64,000 nt of DNA, from positions 22,370 to 86,369 of the forward strand of contig DF237106.1 of NCBI GenBank assembly GCA_000708835.1, written 5' to 3'. Position numbers and translations under genes: made by a program. Under the pieces are notes generated by a model. That model made no database searches. It had not been told where the DNA came from and worked only from the letters and a program-made list of their open reading frames with translations. Shown here in pieces: positions 50,700 through 62,342 of the stretch. The DNA is from Klebsormidium nitens (Eukaryota; Plantae; Klebsormidiophyceae). Each line of letters starts with the position of its first letter. The first letter of the stretch is position 1.

Positions 50700-51508
50700 C
50701 GCCAGCTATGTAAGGCTGGAATGCTTTGGCTGCGGCTTATCAGGCCGAGCCTTGCGAATGGGGAGAATCCCTCCTTTCCGCAGCTTCAAACCAATCTTTC
50801 AGTTCCTATGTGACACCGTTTTCTACCAGCGCGACGTGTTTGACAAGGCTTCCAGGCCTTCTTCTTCAAAACCCCGAAGTTTTGTTCAGATCTCAAAATG
50901 TATTAAAGGTTCTGGGTCCGTTTGATCCCCAAGCTTCAGAGGGCCAACGCTTGCAGGTTTGAAGCTGCTCAGATCTCAACAAGATCTGAACTCGGAGGCC
51001 CTGGCCGCCTAAACTGGACAACGAAGCAAGCGTTGTCTTACTTTCTTGCTTCCCCTGATCAGCGACCACAACGGCTTTATGATGCTAGTGATCCCCCTCT
51101 CAAGTCGAGCGCCCTGAGGCCCCCATTCAACAGCGGATGTTACAAGTCTGATTGGCACCCAGGATCTTGTATTATTTATGGCCCCTAATTCAAGGACGAA
51201 GCGCCTTATTCGATCTCTGGCGTCTGCGCTTTTACGCTCTTATGCGCTCTTGTACGATTGAAGTCGCTGCTTTTCATCTCAGGCGCGGCCGCCGAGCTTT
51301 GTCACGGTGGTTTCGGGGTTTAACGTTACAAATCTGCGGCCGCGACCGCATTGCGGTGCAAACCGCAGCCTGTTCCCGCGGTCCCGGCTCAAATCAGGCG
51401 CGCACGCGGCCGCGCTGCCGTTCTTAAAGATGAGCAGGGCAGCAGTACACATCCCATGACAGCCAAATTGGATTGCTTAGCGTCGGGGTCTTCCTTGAGG
51501 CCGCCGCC

Positions 51509-52244
51509 ATGGGCCAGTACTACATACTTATCAACCTGGACAAGAGGCAGTCCCTTAGCAGTTTGTCCTACCTCGTCTACTGCACGTGCACGGCCCGGAT
51601 ATGCCGCTTCTCGAGCGGGTACAAGCTGGCAGAGCAGCTTTTCAATCTGGGACTGAAACCGATGCTGGCGCTTCTCCTCTGCTCTGAAGAGCTGTTGCAG
51701 GGCAGGGAAAATCTGAACAAACTCTGGGGGTCCTGAGCGGGAGACAGAGTGGTGTTCATTGGAGACTATTCAGATGATTTTTCCACCCTTTATGACCTCT
51801 GAGGAGAGAGAGGAGCTGAGGGAATGGAACGCTAGCTCTTCGGGGGACGGTTTGTACTCTCTTGCAGCTGAGAAGTACCGCTTATTGCATGGTCACGATA
51901 TTTTCGAGGGCGCTGAGGGGCTCTCCTTCCCCACAGACGGTCACCACGTCATCGCCAACGTCACAGCCAAGGAAAATCTCGACCCGGCAGCGTTTGGGAA
52001 CTCGCCTCCGGTTCTGACCTCCTTTCTCCTTGACGAGGAGGGTGTAATGCGGGCTTTGTTCAGCTGCTTATTTCATTCGGTCGGAGAAGGGGGAGGGGAT
52101 ATTGACGAGCTGAGGCAAGGGCGGTGGGCAGGGCAGACTCTGATAATAAGAGAAAAGAAAGAGGTCAGTAACGATACAGAGTGGAAAGACGTCAGCAAGG
52201 AGGTGAAGGACGTTCTGCAGGTGGCAGTGGATAATGAAAGTTAA
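51509..52244 (+). pseudogene. Intronless GxWAGD duplicated-domain protein (~244 aa); TGA at a conserved Trp and a +1 frameshift
   Basis: Start context GCCGCCGCCATGG. MGQYYILINLDKRQ..GYKLAE..LWGS*AGDRVVFIGDY, with TGA at 51734-51736 and an extra T at 51778-51782. The second repeat reads VIANVTAKENLDP..GRWAGQ. From memory it resembles uncharacterised fungal/bacterial/phage proteins starting MGQYY..NLDK. Confidence 0.7.
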
Positions 52245-53688
52245 GAAGATGGTGGCTTTAGTTAGACGGCAGTGTTGGCTTTGACAAAGTTGAGAGATCA
52301 ATGCCGCTAAGTTAGAAGCTTTGGCAAAAGGGAGGCCAGAATGGAAGTAGCAGGTATGCCGTAGAGATGTTCAATACTTGTTCGAAAAGGATGATTGTGC
52401 TTTGCTTTGATAAGGCCATACATCTCTCGTCAGCATAAGCAGGCTGACCGCACAGTCCAGAAAGAAACTTTTTACAAAGGTGTGTACGTTCTCAAGAATT
52501 TGGAAGGGAGCACCCAAGCATACATGCAGCAAAGACGCAACCGCAACGCATATGGAAATTCACATACTAAAATATATAGTTGCCGTGCTATTACAAAGCG
52601 GAACTCGTGTCTCAGCTTTGCATGTGGATTACATGCCGGCTGCGAAAGACGTTTGAGGTGTCAACTAGTTGCAGTGCGCGCGGATCAGATGAATAATAAG
52701 CTAGATCTGGCGTCGGACATCTCATAATCAATCGATTAGCCTCACGGGCAGTCGCACTCGGGACGACCTTGCCGCAACTGCAATATTGAGACACATGATG
52801 ATTTTATAGGATCTTTTTACTTGAAAGGCACACCTCTTCGTCGGTTTGGACATGAATCATTAAACTTCACAATCATTGTTACAAATGAATACCACCAAAG
52901 GTTGCGAGATCGATTCGATCGGTTCTGACCATGCAGCCCGGAACTTGGTTATTCAGCTTACCAATTAACTCAAATTGCTTACATACCACCGACAATCGAA
53001 AGAAAAGTTGATGCACGCATGGGCATGCTTCTTAGCAATCAGCAAGACGAAAAGCATGCACGACGCGGTATGCTTCGATACTGACAAGTGTGCAGTGTAA
53101 GAACCAAGCCGCAGGAAAATGCTGTAAGATAGGGTTCAACTTTTTTGTAACGTTCAATAAGGAATGATAAACCGCGTTCATAAATGGAACAGACCGTACA
53201 ATCGTGTTTGAAAGTGCGCGGAAGAATGGTAGGCCGGACAAAGAATGTTGCTACTGTTAGAACCAAATTCCCGTCAAATCACTAGGCCATCCTGATTACT
53301 ACTGCTTTTCTTTTGCATATCCACTTCGACGGTCCGCAATGTGCGTTCATGTTTCAATCTGCCCTAAGAAAGGTTTAATGAATGTTACACTGATCTATAG
53401 TTTGTCTGAACAGAGGCCAGATTAGCCCTGACTCGATTACCAATACCCTTCTTACTAGCCCGGCGTGGCATCCAAAGAATCGGCATTACTGATTTCTCCC
53501 ATTATTTAGATGTCCCGACATCTTCGAATTGCAACGTACGCGCGAAAGCACTGTTCGGTTCGAATGAATCCCCACCCTTTCCCCTGTTCCTGTACAAGTG
53601 ACAAAACTGTCCCGTCTGTGCTTCTTTTTCAGACTGCTGTTTACGTTCCCTTCTCTGGTACTACGGTACCCTGCGGTTCCGCTTCCGG

Positions 53689-56600
53689 CTACTGCCCTTC
53701 CGTTTTCCGGTCCAGCCACATCAAACACATGGCGGCCGTCCACGAGAAGTTGTTGCCCCCAGCACCCGCGCCGTCAATCGGGTTGAAATATTCGTACATT
53801 CCACTACTGCTCGTCAGCGTGCGCGTATCTCGTATGACCCGCTCCGCCAGCTTATGGTGCCCATAACTCCGCAACCCGTCCGTGATCATCCAGTTCACGA
53901 TCGCCCACACCGGGCCCCGCCAGTAGCGCAGCGGCTCGAACCGGACGTCCGCCGGATCGAAGGACGGAACGGAATACCGGACGGAATCCGCCCACCGGGA
54001 GATGGTGTCCGCGAGCACTGAGGCGCGGTCGGTAGACGGCACTCCGGCGAAGAGCGGCAGGAAGCCGCCGCTGGTGGCGGCCGGGATGAGCGTTCCGGTC
54101 AGCTGGTTCTGGCTCCGGTAGATTCCGGCGGAACCGTCCCAGAGGGTCTCGAAACCGGCGCGGGCGCGCTCCAGCCACGAGTCGATCTCAAACACTGCGG
54201 GGAGCGACGTTGTTCAGAAACAGAAGGAAGACAGGTAATGCAACTTTTAATCAACGTAGTGTGTTCTGTTTCCTGTTACAAAACGTCGAGTGTTTGCTTC
54301 AGTATCTGAACATCATTCTACGACGACCAGCCAGCCGGGCTTCCGTTGTCCTTGACTGACGTCTGTGTCAAGGGACGACTTATCAGATCTTAGAAACAGT
54401 TTCGAGGAAGGAAGATGTAGTTTGAAACCAGTTGTGAGAGACTGCTAATCCTCCCCTCCAGATCATCTTGAACCACGAGCTGCAGTGTTGAGCGCACTTT
54501 TCACCAAGGCGAATCCAAGGACTGCTCAGACTCAGCCGTTCGATTGTTCCAACATCAACAGCCGGCTGAGTGCCGTTTCACATCTTGCTCACAGTTCCAA
54601 ACCTCACGAAAGCACTAACCTGCTTCCGTTTCGTTGAGTTGGAGTGCAAGCCAGCGGAGGTCCCGGTTCGCCCGGTACAGTACCGAGTTGGTGCACACGT
54701 CAGACACGCGGAAGGGCGACATGTGGTACAGCTGCGCGGGGTCGTAACCCACCGCGCGGAATCGGTACAGCAGAGTCAGGTACCGGTCGTACTCCTGCAG
54801 AACGAACGGACGTTGAAGTTAAGATTATGAAGCGTTGGCACTCATAGTTTAGCAGTCTAAGAGAAGGCAGGGTAGGGACCGAAATATTCGAGAAACCCTA
54901 AAGATGTGTTGGAGGATGCTCTGAAAGCTGCGAACGCACGGAGCTCTTGAGGCGTCATACTCACGAGATTTCGACGTGGACGATCAGCCTCGCTTACAGG
55001 ACCCTCTTCCCAGGCTTTTGGGAAAGCAACGGTGTCGAAGCAATCGAGGCATTTGTCTAGGCATCTCGCCGGACCATTGGGAAGGGCCTCAAAATCAGTC
55101 GAACTTCCGGACGCTCTCCGCCTCCTTCGGAGACATGAGCCACACATCCTTCTTTCTCAACACGAACGATGACCCTTACAAAAAGGGGCTTTTGTATTTC
55201 GACGTTCAAGCATCATGAGACGGAGTCTCAGAGGAGAAAACCTTGTGACGAAAAAGGACAGTTCTCGGACGCTCACCGCCTGCTTCGGACGCATGGCGCT
55301 GTCCACGTGTCCGAGGTCCTTGCGGACGTACGGCGGAATGGGGTCGACGGGCACCGCGGCAAGGGCCTCGTCCCACATGGGGCTGTTGTCCATGCCGCTC
55401 TCCCATGGGTGCAGCGTCGCCACCAAACCCCGCCCCTCGGGGTCGCGCGCGGTCACAAACCACCTGGAACAGTAGGTTAAACCTCGGTTAGGAAGGGTTT
55501 AGTGTGTGCAGTAAGCCACCCGGAAGTTTTATACGCGTCAAACGATCCGGTGTCAAGCTCATGCCGCTCTCCTACGGGTGCAGCGTCGCCACCAAACCCC
55601 GCCCCTCGGGATCGCGCGCGCTCACAAACCACCTGAAAGAGCAGATTTAGATGTCGGTTAACGAGGTCAATCTAACCCGGATTGACCAGACAGAAGACGG
55701 TGGCAAGTCCATACCGCTCTCCCAGGGGTGCAGCGTGGCCACCAGACCCCGCCCCTTGGGATCACGCACGGTTACAAACCACCTAGAAAATATGGTCAAG
55801 GTCTGCTTGATACCTGTTACTTTTACTTCAGCTCAACGTCAAAAGGAATTCAACTTGAAAGATGGTCGTCAGTCCTGACGTGACGAGCGTCCACTTTTCT
55901 ACAGTAAGAATCCCAAAAAACGACAGAGACCACCAGTAGCAACGACAGAGACCACCAGTAGCAGAGCCAAAGACCAAGATTAGGCTACAAAGATTGGGGT
56001 ACCAAAAGCCAAAATAAGAGTGATTCCTCTCAGCCTACCTATGCCACCTCATCAGCTTCGGGAACAGCGCCGCCGCGCGCCGCAGTGCGGCCTCCCGGTT
56101 CCCGCTCCCCTCCACGATCTTCCGCACGCTGATTGCCGCCACGGGCGGCTGGGTGATCCCCGTACTGGAGTGCGTGCTGCTGCCAGCCTGCCACGTGTCA
56201 GGCCCTGGGAAGTAGGTCGAGCAGGGGCGGTGGAAGACGATGTGAGGAACCATGCCGTCGGCCCACTGCGCGCTGAAGAGCGTCTCGAGCTCCTCCCATG
56301 CGCGCGCCTCGTCGAACATGGCCCAACCCATCGCGACCTGGAACGGTTAAAAGTACTGGTTAGCAAATTGATTGCAGAATGCTATGATTTCGATAAGAAT
56401 CAGAGTATAAGGCCAATCTGAGGGCTAAATCGCATCAAAAGGCTCGAGGTCCTCCCGAGCGCGCGCCTCGTCAACCTGTCACGAAAGGGTTTGAACGCGA
56501 AGTAGGATCCAAGAGGCGGAGCAGGGGAATGATGCCCTCGTTTCAAAAGCAGGTATCGTCCCAAAATGTTAGCAGAAAACCAGGGAGTTGTTATCTCGAC

Positions 56601-58123
56601 TGTTAACATTGGCAGCTCCGGATGGTTTTAGCACAAGTGTCAGCTGTTCACCAGCGACATCTTCGACAGCTGTCAAGCAGCCGACCAGCTGTTTCAGATA
56701 CTTCTTGTTTAATATGTGTAGTTTTCGAGGCATTGGAACTTTCCTTGCACTGTGCATCCCCTCCAGACCCTTTTCGAATCAAACTAAATGTTCTTCACTG
56801 ACTCCTCCAAGTACACTTGGGAAGTCCAAAGCGCAACTCCGAGCTCAAGAACTCTTGGATACTGTCCAATCTCGACAACTAAATTGGAAAAGTAGCTGAG
56901 CTGACCAAAATGTTGCTAACGAAGGTCACAAAGGAATAAAGTGAAGCAAGATGAGGCAGGTACTAACCAGTGCACTATCCCAGTTCCACTGGTACGGGTA
57001 CAGGCCCTTGGCCGGAATGGTGTAGCCCCCGAAGTCGTTCTCGCGGAGGATGGTCACACTGCGGGCGATGATGTCACTGCGGGGGAGGTTGTCAGCTTCG
57101 ACCTGGCAGGAAACAACGACACCTGGCATTAGTCTGAAGTAGTCATAAGTACGAACTGTTGTTGAAGTCCTGAGCTTCTTATTCGGTGTCTTTCTAAAAG
57201 ACCTTGGCGCGAAATCGAGCCTGCTGGCATCGATGGCTGAAGTGCAGAGAGAGAACTCCGAAGCTGAGTCGCCTTTTTGTGCTGTAGCGCTGAAAATGCT
57301 TCTCCAAAGTTCAACGAGGATTTTTTGAGTTGAGTTGGAACTGCCTCGAATGTCCTTGGGATGGATGCGAAGCCCCTGACATTCAAACGAGCACTGTTGG
57401 GTTCCTCACCCAGTGTGAGGAACCCAACGAGAAATGGCGGATGATGGCTGGGCTCACCCCTCAATTGTGCAAAAGGGAGAAGATACTCTGGGTACCAAAC
57501 TCAAGTTCAGGAATAATGTCTACTCAATGGTAGGTCCCTGGGAGGTTGCGGTGTAATGTTACTCACCCACATTGCATGACTTCAAACACACCAGAAAAGC
57601 CACAGAAAACAGCCTCAGCCACAGCTTGGACACAGGACTTCCTGAGCGAGGCAATCACCTGTTCTTTGCTAGGCTCTTGGATGATCGTCAGGTCCAGGCT
57701 GCTGAGCTGGCGCTCGAGCGTGTTCCTCTCCACCTCATACGCGGCATTCCCAGCCAGGCTGGATGACATTGGGACTGCCCTGATTACTTCTGGCGCTGCC
57801 ATGGGGGGTACCACCTTGGGCTCAGACTTCCCCCCTAAAATGGGGGCTTCCACGTTTGCAAACGACGCAGCAATCTTGGTGGTCGTGGGGGGCTGGGCAG
57901 GTTTCCGACCCCGGCCCGTTTGGCTTGACAGCTGGCGAGCCGCAATCATTGGAAGCACCGCAGCGGAAGGCATGGTTGCTGGTTGAAAGCAGCCTCTTCT
58001 AGTTCGGGGGATAAGCTGGGGCTGTTGAAACCCGTCAGAAGCTGGTTCACAGAGTAACTCTCTTCTCCCCAGGAATGTGGCAGCAGGTGCGGTGTTGGTC
58101 AGAGACCATACAGCGCAGTGCAT
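53689..58123 (-). CDS. GH63-like glucosylglycerate/mannosylglycerate hydrolase with long N-terminal extension, 6 exons, ~588 aa
   Basis: Exons 58123-57659, 57102-56968, 56337-56039, 55463-55277, 54794-54620 and 54194-53689 join in frame. Motifs: YTIPAKGLYPYQWNWDS, GMVPHIVF, TGITQPPV, HPWESGMDNSPMWD, RYWRGPVWAIVNWMI, YEYFNP..GAGAGGNNFSWTAA. Confidence 0.92.
55560..55790 (-). repeat. Two partial tandem copies of the GH63 exon-4 acceptor and first ~75 nt of the exon
   Basis: (C/T)AG/GTGGTTTGT...CACCC..GGAGAGCGG starts at 55782, at 55632 (TAG replaces TGG at 55574-55572) and at 55463 (the complete exon). Confidence 0.9.
55919..55962. repeat. 22-bp exact tandem duplication in GH63 intron 3
   Basis: AACGACAGAGACCACCAGTAGC x2. 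Confidence 0.9.
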
Positions 58124-59319
58124 TTCTGAGGGGCGCTGTCACCTGCGAGAGGGGGGTTTCTTAGTCAGAAGTCAAGCAACCCCTGGAGTTCTCAGTTTGA
58201 CACCTGGCGGCGCCAGCAAGAGATTGACAGTCGGGAGATGGTTTTGACGTTGCTTTTGACTGGGGAAGTAGCCTATCTGGTTGCTTTGTGAAGTGGTAAT
58301 GAGGCGCCACTCTGGCAATGCACCGCAAGAGCCAACACTCTGTCAAGGGTTTCTGCCCAATAACCGATGGCTGTCTCGGTGGCACAGACAAAATATCCAC
58401 TACTCAAATGCTACTACCAGGAGTGCTGAGTTTCGTGATGCCTGGACAGGGGTTTCGAAGGCCTCACTGCAGTATGTTCTGAGATGACTTATATTTATGC
58501 ACTGTGGCGCTATCTCCACAGCGAAGCAACAATGCTGATACTAAATGCTGACTGTGCCCAACCCAAGTCAGTACTTTAGAAGTCTCATCTCAGTGTTCCA
58601 CTACAGCAGCCTCCGGAGGAGGGTCTTCTGCGGTCTACACAGTACTTAGAAATGAACAGCATTGCACCTTTTCCAGTCGGGCGCATACGCGCCACACTTT
58701 GACACAATGCACGTCGTCACCAATGCTGTTTCCTCCCTCTCTGATTTGAGGATTGAACTTCACAGCATTACCCGAAAGAGCCACATTCTCTGAGAAACTC
58801 TGAGGAAAAAACCGCGTACTGCTAAGTTGATTCACCATCCATCAGCGAACCGCCCACTCACCTTGCATGCCGCCACCGCTCCGATCGCAACTCTCCTCTT
58901 GCAACAAACTCTCGTCGCCTGGCGTTCATCGACCCCAACTTGCGTTTCGAACTTCTCAAACTGAAAGAGAACCTTCGGGCAAGTGGCTGAGAGCAAACTC
59001 GAGGCTCAGGGGGACTCTCGTGCGGCGCAATGCGGTGCGTGCCCCTCGTCTGCATGCGATGTAGCAGGCGAACTCGTGGCGGCAAATGTGGCCCCTCAAG
59101 ACCAATGAGCATGATGGAGACTTCCCAGCCCGCAAAGCCACGTCAAATGTGCATTTGTGACTCAGGGCCGAAGTTGCCTGGCTGGGAATCCCTGTCCGAC
59201 TGTGCCATGACTCAGCGTTGGGCAGACCGAATCTGACTCGAGGGCGCGCATTGGAAAACGCGTTCGTTATGACGTCACACGCGGGGATCCGCAGCCGTTG
59301 ACCAATCGACGGGCGGCGA

Positions 59320-59867
59320 GCAAAACGGCCAAAGCTGCCGATTCTTTTGTCAACTTTCGAAATCGGACACCGGACTGCGGGCAGTCATATGCTTTTCACC
59401 GTCCGATCGTGTACCGTCCGTAGGATCTACGCTCCAAGTTGCTGCCACATGTCACGGGGCGAGTCCCGTACCGTACTCAGTACGGTACGGTTCGAGCGGT
59501 ACCGTCGACCGCGTACGAAAGGTATGCACCGTCAGCAAGCAACCGGGCACTCCTAGTGACCTTAGGGTCTCGCGCTACAAAGCAGTGATAGTGTGTTAGG
59601 GTTACACCACTTCCTGTGACGGTTTGTTAGGGTTACTCCCTTTCCTGGTGACTGCTCTCAGATTAGGGTTCCTACTAACGGCTAAGTCACTGTTCCTAGG
59701 ATTTTAATGTGGTTTGCAGGCTAACCCGAGCATTATTTAGTCCGGCAAAAGCAGGCCCGGTACCAACCGCGTCCCAAAATATGGCACTGCGGACAACGAC
59801 TGACTGTGCCCGTCCGGTGTCCGGTTTCGAAAGTTGACAAAAGATTCGGCAGCTATGTGCCCCTTGC
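59320..59867. mobile_element. Non-autonomous Mutator-like element (MITE), 548 bp
   Basis: Imperfect TIRs of ~70 bp (59320-59390 / ~59800-59867) with core GCTGCCGA.TCTTTTGTCAACTTTCGAAA.CGGACACCGGAC and ends GCAA...TTGC. An exact 10-bp direct repeat CGGGCGGCGA flanks them at 59310-59319 and 59868-59877. Confidence 0.8.
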
Positions 59868-60412
59868 CGGGCGGCGACTGCGATTCTCCGTATGCCACGT
59901 AGGAGAATCTGAACCTGGCCACGTGATTGACCATCGAGTAAAATTATTGAATTTGAAACCCTGCAGGGCCCGCCCGCGCGACCGAGGACGGTCGCGCCAG
60001 GCGGGCGGCCCGCTCGATCGAGCCCCGTGTACGACTGGACGCCCGCCCTATACATGAAGGCTCACAGTGTGAAGCATCAGCGTACGAAAGAAAAGGAGGC
60101 ATGTCTTCCGATATTCTGCTGTTCCGTTGAAGGCTGAATGAGAATGGATTGTGGTGGCTGCACTCCTGAGTTCAGCCTGGGAAAGTATGCAGCTCCCCGG
60201 TTCGTTAAGAGCACTCTGGTAAGTCCCATTTCACTTAAGATCAGCAGCTTGAGGCCTCCGCAATAATTAGGCGCCACCCATTGCATCCAAAGTGTGGAAA
60301 TACAGTATAACAGTGTGACTCAGTGAGGAAATTACGTACATATAGGCTCAGCTTCTGCCCGATCCTTCAAGTTTCCGAACCGATCGCTTTCGCTGTAATC
60401 AGCACAGGCGTC

Positions 60413-61345
60413 ATGAAACAATTCTTGAAGCGTGGTCCAGAGGGGCTCCTTCAGCTGGCTTTCAAGAGAGAAGTCTTGAGGATCGTGGATTAAATCAAGC
60501 GCAGCTTTTGTCTTGGATTAAACGCCCCCGACGAGGACCTCTCGGAGGAAGGCGATACTATCGTCGCGGACGAGATGCAACCCTCTGATGCTGCGAGAGG
60601 CGATGTAGATGGCGAAATGAAACCCTCTGAGGATACAATTGCAGAAGAGGAGGACGCGGAAGTAAAGAAAGAGGAGGATGACTTGTCCCTGTTAGACAGG
60701 GCTGCTTTGCAGAGAAGGGTGGAAGCTATAGTTGAAAGGCTGTCAGGTTCAGTTCATCCGGGGCCCAGGCGTCGATCGTATGCAGAGGCCTCCACTGGAG
60801 TGAATGAGACTGAGAAGGCGAGTGAGAGGGTTGAGAAGGAAGCGAGTTCCAAGGAGCGGGAGAAGCCTTTCAAGGAACGGGATGACTATTACTACGTCAC
60901 AGCCAACTCTGGCGGAGACCCATACGAGTAAGGGGTCCCGCTACCGGTGGGTACCGAGCAAGAAAGCAAAGAATCGATTCCTGAGCTGTTGGAATCAGTG
61001 GCAGATGAGGAGCCCGGTTGGTTCGTGACATCTCTCAGCTTCTCTTAAGATTTGGCTCCGGGATACGCAAAACACAAAGCTGAGAGTATCAAAAGGGGTC
61101 ACGCCACTGAGGCAGAGTACTTCACAGAAGAAGAGGCACACGCGGCTTTGATGAGAGAGCACGAGGTGCAACCGATGTGCAAGGAGCGGTATGTGGCGGT
61201 GAAGGAGATTCTCAAGGGCAGCCATGCAGTGGCTTGTTACGATATGGTCGATGAAGAGGCCTTGAAGCTGCGTTGCTATGATTCGGAACGGGATTACCAT
61301 ATGAGGTGCCAGCTGATGCATCATCTTTTTAGTGCCAATGACTGA
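60413..61345 (+). pseudogene. Intronless acidic hypothetical protein relic with three in-frame TAA stops
   Basis: One reading frame runs from ATG 60413 to TGA 61345, broken only by TAA at 60491, 60929 and 61046. Glu-rich coding-like composition throughout; no family recognised. Confidence 0.6.
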
Positions 61346-62342
61346 CAGTAGTATGTCGATAGCCTCTTGAGACCGGACGGACTGAACATGTATGACATAA
61401 ATTGAAACCTGTGTCTAACACCAAGGATCAAAAACTAAGGGGTGTGTATTTTGAGGTCTAAAACGTGCGCCGGATTAGGGAATGTTTTGGACCACAAAAT
61501 TGATCGATTGCATTCGGTGACCCGCGCCAAGAACAGTTTGAAGGAGTTGCAGAAGTAGCCCATACACTCACATGCGCTCAATATAGCTTGGCTTCAGCCG
61601 GCCATACCATTTCGGGGGCCCTTGATTCGCGCAGGCTGCTGGCCTTTTAGCCACTTAGGCTCGGAGCTAGGTCATCGGACTGTCTAGCTGGCAGCCTCCG
61701 CTCTTCACATGTATGCCAGAAGTGTGCAGGTTGAGCTGCAAATCTTGGTGTTCGTTATTAATGAATGCTAAATATATATACGTTATGCACAGGCCCGTAG
61801 TACGTCCCGGAATTATGACATGATGCACTCAAATGCAGTACCGTCGCAAACCTACATAACTAGTCGCGAGCGAGCTAGACGCGTATGGAATCGACCTCAA
61901 ATCCCTCGTGAGGTTGCAAATGAAGTGGGTAGTTTCTGATTAAGTTTGTTGGTAACTTCCTATATCTGGCAACAAGCATTGCGCGCGGCATTGCCAAATC
62001 AGCTACGCGCCCGACTTAGGAGTCACCGCTCGTGTAGGCGTAATGGGCATTATAGCAAATAGTCGGCAGTATGGTCACTTTGTATCGATAGTTGTACTGT
62101 ACACTGCCCAAAATCTTCCGTTGAACATTGTCAAGTTCCATCAAAGTCGAAGTAGTCGCAAACATTGCTGGAATGTGTGCCAGCACACCAACATTGGCAC
62201 TCAGTATGATGTTGCACTTAACCAACATGCGGTATCCAAGGCGCACGGTTCGCTTCGACAAAGATTTGCTTCGCAATAACAGAAATAGAATATGCACTCG
62301 AGCTTTCACTTAAGGACTTGCATATAACAACGCATGTCCGCC

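Noticed and set aside
51734-51736. Selenocysteine or recoding at in-frame TGA codons (here and at 38800)
   Set aside because: This TGA aligns with Trp, not Cys, and is accompanied by a frameshift. No SECIS element was identified. Nonsense mutation is simpler.
58862-58930. Spliced upstream ORF (MNARRREF...HAR*) across a putative GH63 5' UTR intron 58861-58143
   Set aside because: The splice sites look plausible, but the TSS is unknown and may lie downstream of this ATG.
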